From Marsupella aquatica (taxonomy: Eukaryota > Plantae > Marchantiophyta): 64,000 bases of DNA. The notes under the pieces are model-generated. The model was given only the letters and a program-made list of their open reading frames with translations. It did not search any database and had not been told where the DNA came from. The position numbers and the translations under genes were made by a program. Shown here piece by piece: positions 12,484 to 26,380 of the stretch. The stretch is taken from positions 4,327,659-4,391,658 of the forward strand of contig OZ316895.1 in NCBI GenBank assembly GCA_973895155.1. The letters run 5' to 3'. The first letter of the stretch is position 1; each line of letters starts with the position of its first letter.

Positions 12484-15400
12484 TTAAAAAAAAATATACA
12501 CATACTTTATACAGAAAAAGGCCAAATAGAGTACAAAAGAATAAACAAGAGAGGTCCCAAGTGGACAAAACCAAACGCAAAAGAAGTGAGCAAAAGGAAA
12601 CCCTAAAAACCAAGAAAGAGGAACTAAAAGAAGTGAGCAAAAAGAAACCCCTAAAAACCAAGAAAGAGTAACTAAAACTACCGCAAATGGACCGAGGTCC
12701 TCATCATACCTAGCAAATGTGGCAACAAGCTAGTGGTCTACATCAAGTGTCGAAACTAGATCGGCAAGTGGGACAGGAATGTCCTCTAGGGGGGCTAGCC
12801 GCTACGGAGTCACACTAGCACCCACTGTCAGAGATCGACGATAGACGGCCCGAGCTTGAGCACGCTGTAAGGTGACTGAAATGCGTTGGCGAAAGTGCGT
12901 GGTCAAAACAAATAGCGGGGGCCCAGTGGGACCCATCCGGCCGTGAACATCCCGAGCAGCTTGGCGAAGAAGCCCGTCGAACTGATGATGGAGACGCCCA
13001 AATATCTCAAGAGCAAGGGGCAAGAAGCTATCAGATGAAGCTCGTGCAGCATATTTGGCCTCCTTCGTTGTTGCTGCTCGTGATGCTGCTGCCCCTGCCG
13101 TTGTTGCCGCTGTCCCAATGATGTCTTGGCGCAATGGGTTTGCCACCACTACATCTGCCAAAGTACGGTGACCGTCACGGACCATGGTAAGATCCACCCG
13201 TAACCGCTGTGATGGAGGACCAGGTAACTCAAGCACCACCTCCCGCCGCGCGCAGACCAAAGAGCCAGAGAGAACCTGAGCAGTCGCATCTCTCACAGCG
13301 TCGTGAACAAAAATGGTTTCGCCGCCCAAACTGCATCGAAGAAGATGGACACCTGTGGCATCACAAGGCTTCCCACAACTGCAAGTAGGAGGTAAACCAG
13401 CAAGAAGTGGGTGGGGCAAGCCCATACGAAGACGCATGGCTGTCGCAAACTCCGCTAAAGACATCCGCAGGTGAGGAATGACTGGATTGGCCTGAAGCCA
13501 GCCTCCTGCGCCTTTCCCCCCGGAAGAAAGAATCCGAGCTCGGTCCGTGTCAGGTGCCTCGGTGAGGATGCTGGAAAGGGTGAAAGCGTGCATACGCCCA
13601 GCAAGGTTTGCCTGAAGACGGACGGGGTCCAAGGATAAAAACTCCTGGAATGAAGGTAACGCAGCTCGAACAGGATCGGGTAATGATGACCGCGCCGTGC
13701 GCAAATGAACCTGAAATGGGAGGGAACCCTCCTCGACCTCCATGAGGGATGAAAGTAAAAAAGGTCGATCCTCAGTAAGGAAATGATCAGCCAACAATGA
13801 GAAGGCGGCCGCCCACGCGCCCAAGAAGGCCAAAGGTGCAAGGCGCTCAGTGGAAGTAAGCCCAAAACCACCGTGAGAAATAGGAAGACTGAGCTGTCGA
13901 TGAAGCCACGGAGATGAGAGTAAAGTACCTGGCCCTAAAAGAGAGGCCAAAGTCTCACGAATGGAGACATCAAACGCTCAGAGGTGTAGATAAAGATCCT
14001 CGGTAGGGGGATGTGTCCGAGCCAAATAGGACGCACGAGGGTGGATGCATCTCAACAACAACCCAAATGTTGCCTGAGAGTCTGCTAACTTAGGGAGCAT
14101 AGGAGTAGGGGCTAAGGCAGCCTGGAGAGCGTCAGCAATGAAAGATGAGCAAAAGGAGGCGGTACCGACTGGGGAGCCAAGGACCCGAAGACCGTCGGTA
14201 GGACGTAAGAACCCAGGGGGAAGCGCAAGATCAGAGGGTAACCCAGCTGGACTCCATGCACGACTCTTCACCGGCTGAACTCGTAAACCGAGGCCCAACA
14301 AATGGGTGGAAAGGGAGGCGAGGGCAGAAGTAACAGCAACAGGTGGACCAATGATGTGGGTGTCATCTGAAAGGGAGGGGAAGATACACTGGGGGTGGGC
14401 CGCGGAGGCTTCTCGTAAAGCAGTAAAATGTGCAATGGCAAAAAGAGGCCCACCCAAAGGGTCACCCTGACGTGTACCTTCTGCAGAAGAAAGAGTGGTA
14501 TACGCTCTTGTAGAGGTGTGATGACTATAGAAGAGGGGGGCCTCGAACCCATAAAAACAACGGACAAAGGGGATAAGGGACTGGATGTCTGGATCCGCTA
14601 CCCTCAAAGCACGAAAAATTGCTGCCCGAGAAACCGTATTGAAAGCATTGGAGACATCAACCTGGAGGACAACCCAATCAGGGTGGAGGTCCAAGGTAGT
14701 ACGAATACCCGCAATAACTGTCTCACAACCGCCAAGAACGCCCACTGCAAACTGATGTGGAGAGAGATGATCCGATAGTGCAGAGCGATACTGCGATGAA
14801 AGTGCGCGAGACACCAGACGAAGAAAAACCTCTCCAATAGCTATGGGCCGAACACCCGGTGAAGACTTAGCCATGGCCAATAAACGAGAAGCACTCAAAA
14901 GCCGAGAGACGGGAGGAGGCAAACGGCCGGCAGCAATACACTGGCAAAAGGAGAAGAAAACTGGAAAACCAGACTGAGGATCCTCAGGGGGGAATAAATC
15001 ACGAAAATGCTCAAAGACATAGCCAGAGGGGCCACCAGCCGCGCAACGCGGAGCATGGAGGAAAGCATAGGTGAAGTGGTCCCTACTAAACTGAAGATCC
15101 TCCTCAGGCTCAAAATCCTCCACGAACAAAGGGAGCTGATCATAGGGCTGCGGATGGAGATCCTGAAGGGCCGTCAAGGTGACCTCGCCAGGGGGGGCTG
15201 GTGTGGTGGGAGAAAGGGCCTGGACCGCACGACGATATTCACCAGCCTGGGCCAAACGACAAGAGCGACGAAGGCGTCTGTGCTCTGGAGGATGAGAGTG
15301 GCGAGCTGGGTCAGACAAAGCACGGGTAGTAAAGGAACGGGCTCGAAGAAAGTACTCTTCCTGAAGCTGTTCCCAATCTCCCCGCAGAAAACGATGGATA

Positions 15401-16075
15401 CGAGAGGCAGTCTCACGATGACCCACGCGACCACCGTGACTAGGGAGGGTAAGAGTCCACTGTGGAAAAAGCATGAGTAAAGACCAATAGGAGACCTCGA
15501 TAGGATGCGCCAAGATAAGCTGCATGAGTTGCAACAAGGATGACCGAACTAATGGGCGCAACGCTAGTGGGATGTGGTTATAAAGGCGAGGTCTAATGTA
15601 CCCTGGATGGTAGGCTGGAAGGGGGTCTAGAGAGCGAACCCAACTCCATGCCTGCTCGGAAGCCTCCAAGGAAGGAGGGGCAGAGCTAACTGGGTCAAGA
15701 GGGGGCTGGGGCTGGGATTGGGCTTGCTGGCGACGTTGGCACCGGCCCCGCCCGCGGTGATGAGGAAGGGAGAGGCCAACCCAGCCACACTCAGGACAAG
15801 TATGCAAGGGACGCTCGTCTGGGGAGGGAGCAGGGAACGACTGGACAGGAGGTGGGGGGGAACCGACGTGGATGAAGAGGCCGGAGGGGGATGCTGGAGG
15901 GGTGGAGGGGGAATGGGCTGGGGAGAGGACCCAGGGCGTCGATGGGGTGGGCAGTAGACTGGGGGGACTGGTAGAACATCGGGCATGGGGTCATCACGAA
16001 GATGAGAGAGATCCAATGAAGAAGAGCAAACACGAAGGCGACCACGAGGCGGGGGGGAGGAGGGGGGAGAATGGA
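12484..16075 (-). mobile_element. Full-length single-ORF RLE non-LTR retrotransposon (CRE-clade-like), ~3.6 kb
   Basis: 9-bp TSD GTCCTCTTT at 12475-12483 and 16076-16084. ORF order: Zn finger, RT, Zn knuckle, restriction-like endonuclease. 3' UTR has 47-bp tandem units and ends ...GTGTATA(T)9AA. Confidence 0.9.
12730..15986 (-). pseudogene. RT/RLE polyprotein of the CRE-like element (~1085 aa reconstructed), disrupted
   Basis: N-terminal CPEC..H..C finger. RT: RPIAIGE, VDVSNAFN, GTRQGDPLGG, SLSDD, VLGSPVG. C-terminal CSC..HLLRC knuckle, then HDAVRD..E..RVDL..ADV..KEAKY..PLALEIFG. ORFs 13978-15807 and 12802-13950 are in the same frame, split by one TGA. TAG at 12802 is CAG in the sister copy, so the true stop is 12730. 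A probable 1-nt frameshift lies in the G7 run at ~15854-15860. Confidence 0.85.
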
Positions 16076-17829
16076 GTCCTCTTTGGTCAATCATTCATGT
16101 TACGAATCACTTTACACTGCTTTTCAATTCTGGCCAGTGAATTTCGAGAAGGAGGCAGCAGGATTGGATGTGCACAAAGTGTCTTTGAAAGAAAGGAATA
16201 TGAAAGTCTCCATGCAAGCTAAGAATGATGCCACCTGTACAAACATGGCATACCACACAGGTTTAAAAAATATTAAACGTGTAGTTTTAGCTGAGAAATA
16301 TCTTACCTTGTTTCATGCAAATCGTGCCACACATGACACTTCATTTATGTACAAAGTACCAAACCAACCAGGAGCTAAGGTGTAGAGCAACTCGTTTTTT
16401 TTTAATTCATGAGATTCTCCCCAACTGAGATTCACTACATTGCTTCTCTTTTTTGACTCATTTGGATGACTCATTTTGGTCTAATTATTTTTATGACATT
16501 TTTTCCACTGTTGGCTACGCAGTAACTCTAGTTAACTTGAAACGATACTACAGCCAACTGCCAATCACATTTCACCATCAAATGGTCATTCATGTCCTCT
16601 ACACTAACCACAACATGCATGCTTTCCAACCCTCTACATTAGATTGGGTAGAGTGAAGTCAAGATATGCAAGGCAAAGAAATGTTAGTGAGACAAGAAAG
16701 TTGTTGAGGCAGGTTATATGTCATTCCAACCATTGTGTTATCCTAGTCATGCAATTGTTGTGGCCATGAGGTTATTGGGGCTATGCAGCCACTGCAGCCA
16801 TATTGTTGATATATCCATGTAGTTGTTGTGGCCATGGTGTTATTGTGGTCATGCAATCATTGCAGCCATGTTAATAGGTATGCAAGTTATTGTCAATGTC
16901 ATAAGAAGTCAAAGAATAGACTCAGGGGTGTCACTATATGGATGTCTCCCCCATCACTTGCGACGTTTTTAGGCCTTGGACCCCCTAAAATGTAAGAAAA
17001 AATATATATTTTTCAACCCCTATAAAGTTGGAATATTCTTGGAATATCTAAAAATTGGATTTTAAAAGACTCTATTGTTTTTCTGAGAAAATTCTTAAAC
17101 CAATAAAACAACCCTATCCTTCGTTGCACATGATATGCCATTTTTGTGGAAGTGAAACCCCCGAGAGAATAGAAGACAATCATCTCAATGAAACATATTG
17201 TGCAGGATGCTTAAATACAATTGTGGGGCCATGTTGTTGATGCCTATGGAATGCAAACACTTATTATGTGCAAAGGGATACAAAGTTGAAGAGAGAGTTT
17301 TTAAAGTGACTGTTAATTTTCAAGAGTTATAGATATAAACTTTTGGATTTGGGCTTGGCAGTTTTCAGCGGTGTTTTGGCGGATCATGCTCTAGTTTTGG
17401 GTTTGGTGGCTCTTTTTGGACACTCAGTAGCTACGGCCTACAGTCCAAATCCTTTCATTTTGATACTGGAGTCTGACGCATGGCCTTCATTGGTGCCTTC
17501 AGTCAGGGTTTTGCATTTTTGGGGACTCCATCCTGGCTTCCCCCGGGCTCCCCTGCCCCCCCCCCCCCCCATGCGGCTCCCCTTTAGTGGGGGACTTAGC
17601 CTTTTGTCAGGCGGCTTTTGCAGGGTGCTGGTTTTGCTGGCCGCGCTGGAGTCAGTGTTAGTGGGGTTGGCATGTTGCATCTTTACCGGATTGAGGTGCT
17701 TTGCTATGGACATCCTTCGTTTTCTTTGACTCTCATTTTGTTTTTGTCCTATTTTCCCTTTCTTCCATTTCATTCACAATCTTTGCTTTGCTTTCATTTT
17801 CCTTTCTTTCCCTGCATTTTACTATGGAG

Positions 17830-20550
17830 CTCTCCCTCCCTTATTCCACCGGCATCCCCTTACTCCACCCCTTGTTCTGCTCGCCGGCATTGCCCCTCCT
17901 CCCCCCCCCCCCACGTCCCCCTCGTGTTCAATGTGATGCCTGTCACAGTTGGTAGCAGCCGTCTAGTTTGACTCGCTATCAACATATATTCTTGTCCTGC
18001 CCTTTGTGCATCCTCTCCCACTTTGCCCCCACCTCCCCCTCTCCCACCTCCTCCGTCTGGCCCTCCTCCTTTGTCATGGGACTGGCTTGCCCATTTGGAT
18101 GTCCTTGCTGCCTCTATCCTACTTTTAGGCATCCTTGTTTGTACACTCGGATTCATGTGCCTATGCGGCCCTTGCTTCAGCAGGCCTTTTGTCTGACTCC
18201 TCTTGATCGTTTGGCTCGTGACCCCACGGATGTTGGGGCCTGGTCTCTGTGACTATATTTCTGCCCCATTGGGTGTTAGTCCTTCCTTCTCAGGGAGATC
18301 TGGCCGGGCATCGGGACACCATCGTCTGTTGGCAGAGGTTTTGGTCAGGGGATAGGGTTATGTTGCAGTCCGAGGAGTATTATCATTGGTTGTTTGCGCT
18401 TGCCTCCGGGGTTGGGATAACTAATATCAAGCACTTGTGTCGGGCTTGCCTCCCAGTCCTCCGAGGCCGTGGAGGAACCCTTGGTCCCTCCTACGCAACG
18501 TTGTCTGCGCCCGTGTCTGCGTAGGTGCCTTATGTTGGGGCAGGCGGGGGAGTTCTCTCAGGCAGCACGCTCCTTAGTTCAGTTGGTTGCTCTCTCCCCC
18601 TCTCCCCCTTTGATTGAAACCCGATTGGGCGGTCAGTCGAGTGGATGTGGCTAATGCCTTCAACTCTGTCTCTAGTCATGTCATTTTTTAGGAGCGTTGG
18701 GATGCTGGGGGCGAGATTGCTTCACTCATCCCCTTTGCCTATGCTTCTAATGGGACCCCTACCCTTTGGTATACCCAGACCATCTTGGTTCTGGGTCCTA
18801 CGTGACCATTATGTTGAAGGGCGGTACTCGGCAGGGTGAAACCCCGGGTGATCCCCTTGGAGGAGCATTGTTTACCATGGCTCATCTCAGGGCTACATAT
18901 ACGTGTCTCATCTGCCGTTTTCCCACTCAAGTTGTTTGTTCCCTTCTGTTGCTGATGACACGCACGTTGTGGGTCCGGTTTCATTTCAATCTAGGGGATG
19001 CTTATGATTGTCCACTTTGTTGCCCAAATTGCTGTCCTTGGTTTGTCAGCTCAGCCCATGAAATGTGGAGTATGGTCTGGTTTCCCACTTCCAGACTCTT
19101 TCACTCCCCCTCTTGGAGCAAGATTTTTTGCAAGCTGCCTTGTCCCATGATGTTTTGCACCTTGACCAGTTGGTGGCCTTGGGGGACATTCAGATTCATT
19201 TACCTTCTTGATCCTGGTATTGTGTTTTGTTTGCCGTCCTTCTTATCTTCTCCATATGGTCCCTCCCACGGCAATGGTTCTGACCTTTCTCTCTTCATTT
19301 GATACAACGATCAGAGTCTTCAGTCACCTCATTGGTCTTGGAGCCCTTGATGGAGAGGATGGTAAGTTCTTTTGCGGCTAGGCAGGCGGCCCTGCTTCCA
19401 TCGATCAGGAGGTGGGATGCGGGTGTCTTCGGCTGTGGCCATTGCTCCTTGAGCTTTTCTTGATAGTTGGGCGCAGGTGGCTCTTGCCTTGCCGTCACAT
19501 TTCATTATGGACCTTTGGCCTATCCTCTTTGACTCGGTGTGGGAGTCAATGGAGAACAAAGCTCAGTCTTCCTTTTCAAGTCCACCTTCGTCATGCCCGG
19601 TAGTTGTTGTCAGCAGATGTGCAGGGTGTGGTCCCTGCTTTCGAGGGAATTGTTTTGGACAGTCTGAATCAAGTTTAACAAGTGATTTTTGATCACATGC
19701 ACCAACATACCCTTTCTAGCATACTATCCAAAGCACCTTCTGACTTGGTTCAGGCTCGTCTTCTATCTGGTTTGGGCATTTGTTCTAGGGCTTGGCTATT
19801 GGCTAGCCCATTGGGGGCCCCCTTTTGTATGCGTTCCTTAAGTTCATTTTCACCACATCCACGTGCCTCCAACTTGGTCTTCCTCATCCTTGCCTTCTGG
19901 ACCAACCCACATGCGTCTCTGGGATGCCCTTGGGCAGGGAAGGTGTTCATATCCTCAGCTGTGGTCATGGCAATGAGCGGACGGTGACTCATGATGACAT
20001 TCGGGATGTGGTGGCGGCCATTGCCCGTGACTTTGGGTATCATGTCATGATGGAGTAGCAACATGTGTTGCCACCTAGGGATGGGGTTGCTAACAGACGT
20101 CAAGCAAATTTGGTCTACCCGTTTGCGGTAGAGGTCTTTGGTGCATTGCACCTGACATTTGACCGTTTCTTGCGTTCTTGTGTGGTTCATTATGTCGAGC
20201 GGAGGCCCTATCCCCCAATGTGTGTTATCACAGCCTTTTTAAGACAGCGGGTGTCTATTGCTCTGCAGAGGGCACAGGCTTTCACTATTGATTTCTTTGT
20301 AGGGGAGAGACAGTTGGTTTCCGGGCCTCTAGTTGGATTCCCTTGCTTGACCCTCCGATGTAGATGCAGTTTCTGCCTGAGGTATACAAAGCACTTCAAT
20401 TTACTGATTATTTAATAGGTAGGGTGTAGGTTTTGCCCTGGTACTTTTGGCTTTTTGACCTTTTGCTTTTTCTTCCTTGATTGGGTTTCTTGCCTGAGGG
20501 TTTTGTCTCCCGTTGGACACTCTTTGTTTTTTGGCAGTTTGATATATAAG
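17830..20550 (+). mobile_element. Older, heavily frameshifted CRE-like RLE retrotransposon, head-to-head with the young copy
   Basis: Fragments in shifting frames: RRCLMLGQAGEFSQA, VDVANAFNS, GTRQG..GDPLGGALF, SVADDTH, GVHILSCGHGNERTVTHDDIRDVV, RQRVSIALQRAQA. C-rich 5' region and T-rich 3' UTR ending GATATATA. Boundaries approximate. Confidence 0.85.
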
Positions 20551-22082
20551 TGGTCAGCACCTGAGCATTCATCATTTGATGGTTGTCATCATCCTCAACT
20601 TAACCTAAACACCTGGCCCACCAACTATGAGGGGGGAGGGTGAGTGGGGTGCGTGCTAACCAGAAGGGCAGGATCAAAGTAAGAGACTTTCTTTGTCTTG
20701 TTTACATTTTATTTGTTTCACCTGCATTTTTCTATCCCAATCACATTTCCTAGCCTCATTCACATTTCCTAGCCTCATTCACAATCATTTCCTTGGGACC
20801 TCTCTTAATATCTTCTCTGCAACACATGGGAGTAGGGCTAATTGTATATGATAGGTGCCAGTTTGACTTGTTGCTACAAACACTACTCTACTTTGTCCTC
20901 TCCTATGTCTGGGAGGGGGCTCTCTAATAGCTATTTTGTGACACTTTATTGGGGATCCTTTGTATCACTTGTGCTTCTTTCATCATCACGTGTGCTCCTT
21001 TCATCATCACGTGTGCTTGTCTCATTGTTGATTTGTAAATAAAATGGCTTCTCTATTTAAAAAAAACTGTTTTCTAATTGTACGAAACACTCAACATCTG
21101 GCCTCATACGGAATTTTGTAGGCAGCCTCAGGCTTAATTAAGGTGGTCCCACAGTTAAAGGGCTCCAAAGAAGGAGGAATATAGCCAACTACCTACCCTG
21201 CACACAACTTGCATTTGATTTTTCATCTGGGTTCCTCCATATTCTGTAGCCTGACTGCCTGAGGGTTGAGGTGGTCCCCATTCAAACAGCTCCAACGAAT
21301 CACTAGTAAAGACAATTACCTACCCTCCACACAACTTGTATTTGATTTTTTCCCGCGTTTAAAATGTTGTGGTCTTCTTGGTAGGTGTGTACATGGGCTG
21401 GTACCCATGATAGGTCTCGTCTCAAGAATATGTTTTGGTTCCACATTATGTTTTGAATTGCTTATTTTGATTTTCCTTTTATCTCTATTTCTTTGACAAA
21501 ATACTTGAAAGAAAAGCCCAGATAAACACGGGTTTGGATGGACTCACATATCCCCCATCCCATAGTGACAAACCAAAACTTTACATTATATTATATAGCA
21601 ATATATAGTCTTTTTAGGGTACTTTGCCTTCATTATGTCACACTTTTAGCCCAATGTATGTGGGTTGTATAGTAGAGGTGAGAAAGAGATGTTGCAGTCA
21701 TGTTGTAAGGTTAGGATGAAAGGGTTGCCCAGTCTGTTGAGTGATTGTCATTGCAAAAATATCATCCTTTTAATCCATGGTTCCAAGAGTGATGTTAAGA
21801 TGGCAGGGAGGAGCGCCAGAGTGACTGTTGTTACAAAAATGTTAATATCATTTATTTCATGATATTGTTACAAATTGATGGGGGAGGGCTTGGAGGAAGG
21901 CAAGACAGGCCTGATTGTTGTTACAAAAATTGTTATCATTTTGTTAATGATATTGTGAGTCCAGGCACAATCAGACATACTTACTTGTATGGAGAACATT
22001 TTTTCTTTCCTCGCCCCCTTTTTTCTTTCCCCTTTCTCTCGCCCCCCTGGTCCTCCGCTCCCCCTAACGCCACCCCTCTTTA

Positions 22083-23350
22083 TCTTATCTATATTTTATC
22101 TCCCCATCCTGAAGGCATGGAAGCTAGCACGCATATGCGCGTGGGTCCATCCCCCACTTGTAAGCGCAAAAAGCTTCACTGGGAGATTGACTACTCCTCA
22201 AATCGAGCTCCTCAAATAGCGCACGGAGATAAGTGAGGCCCTACTTACTAAGCCCTTCTCGACTACTTTGGTCCTGCGATCCAGCGACTCAGACACCCCT
22301 CTCATCTTCTTTGGCACTGCGATCCAGCATCTCAGATCTTTCCGTGTTCTTGGTGTCGGCTCCGTGAACCTGGCGAGAAGCAGTTGTGACTTGTCACTTC
22401 GGGTGGAGTAGAACTAAGTTCCAACAGGCTACATGAATCCAGTATGACGATTAAAGATTGACGTAGGTCCATTTTCCCTTGCCTTTGAGTGAGGCAAGCT
22501 TACCAGGTACATTCCAAACGTTTGGCATTTCGAATCACCTGTAGTCCTATACGTACTGTAAAGGAATTGGGTCAAAACTATGTCAATGTGGGGGACGCTT
22601 ATTTAGTGAAAGTTGATCTGAGCTGAGCTGATGAGTGCGTCCATGCTACCTTGATTTTGGGTTCTGAAAGTCTACCGAATACCAACATTCAAGGGCCAGC
22701 GTGGCATCTGGAATCAACTGTTGTAGATCTTTGAAAGCAGTTTTAATTTTGTGGGCATTGAGTTGAGCTTTTGTCAATACTGATAGAAATGAGTACGGTT
22801 CTACTCTAGAGTTGCCTTTCAGCAGAATTACTGACCGTAGCGAGAAGGTGAGAGTATTTCGCTAATGATTACATAATTATCACAAATCTAGCAAAGTTTC
22901 AACCGAAATCGAGCTCCAAAAATCGCGCATGGAGATTGAGATCAGAGACACCTCGGCTTTGACTCGGAAGCCAGTACCAACTAGCTCCATGAATCGCGCA
23001 TAGAGATTGAGGCGGCCCAACTTGGCCTCGTCAAGTAACCTCTCTCGTACATGGCATTGCGACCCGTCACGCTACGAGATTCCGTTCCTGAAAGCGGGCT
23101 CCATGAATCAGGCGTGGATATGGCTTGAGAACAGGCCACCTTTGCTTTGACTCGTAGCTAGTACCAACTAGCTCCATCAATCAAGCATAGTCAGATTCAT
23201 CCTACCTTGCTGAGTAACGGTCATCAACTCTAAATTAAAGATCGAGTTTTCAATCATTTATCTACAACAGTGAGCCAGCGAGTAAACAATTGGATGAAGG
23301 GAAGGCTACGTTGTGCATTGTGGGTGGTAGGGGCAACGGGTATAAACTAG
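22083..23350 (+). mobile_element. Helitron-like non-autonomous element carrying degenerate gene-like sequence
   Basis: A^TCTTAT 5' end and GGCAACGGGTATAAACTAG^T 3' end, no TSD. The body is homologous to 36895-37500 and has internal repeats (GAGCTCCATGAATCGCGCAT). Confidence 0.5.
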
Positions 23351-23866
23351 TCTACAAGGAAAAGAAGCCACCATGACAGTCAATTTCATAATAAATTTGG
23401 CAAATTTGAGATCTGCAAACTTGATGAGCTATTGCTCGGGGACCCTTCCTGGTGACAGGAACTACAGTCTACAAACTATTGTCAGTAGATGTCTTTCAAG
23501 CTTTAGTGAGATTAATATATGTCTCTAGCCTTTGCTAGATTGATGGTGTAAATCCCCAGCAATTGTCACTGAAGATGGAGTGCATGAATTGAAACAAAGC
23601 ACAACTCCACCCATTCCTCAATGCAAACTTGATATCATCAATTCATCATCAAGAAGCATACATGGAAGCTCTCATGGGTAAACAAACCACACAAAGACAC
23701 ATCAAAATTTGCACCAGAACCTAGTCAGTGCTCAATATAGAGTACCTGACTCCGATTCTCTTAGTGCAGTCAAGGACCGTCAAGGAACACCTCAAAATGA
23801 AGCAACCTCTGTTTCTTACAGTGAATTATGTGGTGAGAGCTTCTTCTTACTTGCAATCATTAAACA

Positions 23867-24430
23867 TCTTATACCCGTGGCCCGTGGCACCATTACTTGG
23901 AAAGCACCTTATATTGGTGCTTTTCTTGTGCTACCATCTTCCCCCAGACACAGCTCCATGGCATTGTGTTCAAAAACGGAAAGTTTTGGGCTCGGTAACA
24001 GAAAATACATTTGAACTCGAACACAAAGTTCATTCCACACAACACTCAGGCATTTTGGTTGAGTTTTGACCCTAAAGTGTTCTACAATGAGCACAAAAGG
24101 TACACACAATTCATGCATAAAAAGACAAGGCCCATATTTAAATACAAAGCCAAATTTCAAATGCAACACCCATTTTGGAACACAACGTGGTGCCAGGAAA
24201 AAATGTGAAAACAGATAGTCAAAAATTGGTGTACAATGCCCCATGGCCCACCAGTTGAATACAAAAACAGATAGTCAAAATTGTGTACAATGCCCCATGG
24301 CCCACCAGTTGAATACAAACATAGATAGTCAAAATTGTGTACAATGCCCCATGGCACACTATTTGAATACAAAGCCATGGCTTTGTGTTCGGTGGACGAC
24401 AGTAGTATGTGTGCGGGGCGGGCACACTAG
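23867..24430 (+). mobile_element. Helitron-like non-autonomous element with ~54-bp tandem array
   Basis: A^TCTTAT start. The 3' end has hairpin GTGTGC-GGGGCGG-GCACAC overlapping CTAG^T. Three ~54-bp units GATAGTCAAAATTGTGTACAATGCCCCATGG at 24214-24375. Homologous to 36424-36900. Confidence 0.55.
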
Positions 24431-26380
24431 TTCACCACTCCACACTAATTCCACACTAATCCCATTGATAGGCAAAGTAACTGCAGCGTGACACCTTATA
24501 AGGAAGACACGAAAGTCTATTGAATTCTTTGGTAGCAACGCGATGTTGTCTGTACCGGTCTCTCTCTATTTGAGGGGATCATTTCCACTTCAAACCTATG
24601 CCTCCAATGATGTATATAGAAACAGACCTTGCAACGCATCTCCAAAGCGTGTCCTCCAATCCAGTGCCCCTGCAGACCATGTGTCACGTCTCTTGCCCAC
24701 TTTTCAACCACAGTATCAAACTTACCAGATCATCCAGCTGGCCAAGAATTCAAATTTGAGGACGAATTTGTTGCTTCTAGGGACAACCAACCTGGGCTTT
24801 CCTATAGATTGGACTCCATTGTTGCCACTATTGAGCTGGTGACCATCATTTTACGTATCCAATCCGCAACGGTTGCAGCCACTGACATGCTTTCAGGCCA
24901 AAACCTCCATCCTGGACACACAACGGTTCACCCAGCTCGCTTGGTGCGAAAAGAAGAGTACATAGATGTACTTTATGTTCCCACAAACACGAACTACTCA
25001 TGAAAAGCGGCAATAGACAAAGGAATGCTTCATAGTTCACAACGTACCCAGACCAAACTGAAGCTATGTCGCAGTGCACTACAGTTACAGAAATTGGAGT
25101 GTGTACAGACGTTATTCGGGGCGTAGGGACTGCGGAAATCAATGAACACAATATCTACAAGAACTCTATTCAGCTGTCGGAAGCCAAATGTGCAACGAAG
25201 ACTCGTGCCTTTGGGGATTGTAATCGAGGTCAAGATAGGAAATAATCAACCTTCAAACATTCACTGGAACATCCGTACCAATCACATGCCAGTCCAATGG
25301 TACCACCGCAGAGGAACGAACCTACTGCACTACCATAACCACCAAAATGCACAATCGATCCCCCCAAACTTGTCACATGCATGAACTACTACGGAGTGCC
25401 CAAAGAAGGGAGAGACTATCTCGCTGCCAGATAAGAAAGAACTACTACACGAAAAGAGGAGGGCAAAACCAGTCGGACCAATCTCAACGACTGCACAATC
25501 ACCACACCTTGATAAACTACTACAGAAACCAATCAACGCTCGGAGCCCCCAGTAGTGCTCACACAATTCAGAGTAAAACACGATCCTACAACGTCTGCCC
25601 GGCTATTGAAGCGAGCTACGCATAGCCACGGCGCATCCACATCGACGAGGCAAGAGACATAAAACATGTTTGGAATGGAGAGGTGTAGCAAACAGCGTCC
25701 GGTCCAAATTTATTCACGAATGCACTTGCTTGCTTCATCCAAATTGATGGATTCAGCAAATCCCAACAAAAATTCCCATGGAACTAGGTTAGAGATAAAA
25801 ACGAAACTAGCCATAGATCTCGACCACGGGTGTGCCGCATGGAGCATATCTAATCAGCTCTCATACATGACTTCGTCAGCTCGATGTACTCCTAGTCTTC
25901 GCTTGCTGCTGAGTTCATCAGTCAAAAGTTCAGTCATGGAGTCGACCATGAGGGATAATCCTGAACAGTCGCCACCCCGAGACAGTTTAATTTGACATTG
26001 TGCTCAAATCGGCTACGGCTGTGCTCAAATCGCTTTGCTCACGAATGCCCAATCTGTTTCTCGTCGTCACGGCAGCTCTACCCGTGACGAATATCAACAG
26101 GCCAAAGTTGGGCCTGACAGAGCTCTAGGCAACCAGCCTCGTCACTGGCGAGTCTTATATCACTTCATGAACCATCCCGTCCCTCACCTTGGTTCCTTCT
26201 GAGATGTCAAATTCAACCTCTTCCCCATGAGAAACCTTCGGATTAAACTCAAGAGCACAAGGAGCCCTTCTCCTCCAACGGCTCACCGTATCCAGACTTG
26301 AAATCCGGTTCAATCATAGTGACAGAGCAGAACAGAAACTTTCCCGTGCTATCAAATCAATACCATTGTCCCATTCAGCT

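Noticed and set aside
13951-13980. Two-ORF organisation or programmed readthrough in the retrotransposon
   Set aside because: The ORFs are in frame, separated by a single TGA that is one transition from CGA. A nonsense mutation is simpler.
22620-22660. Hammerhead ribozyme core (CTGATGAG); also the minus strand at ~6925
   Set aside because: No correctly placed GAAA and no stems I-III.
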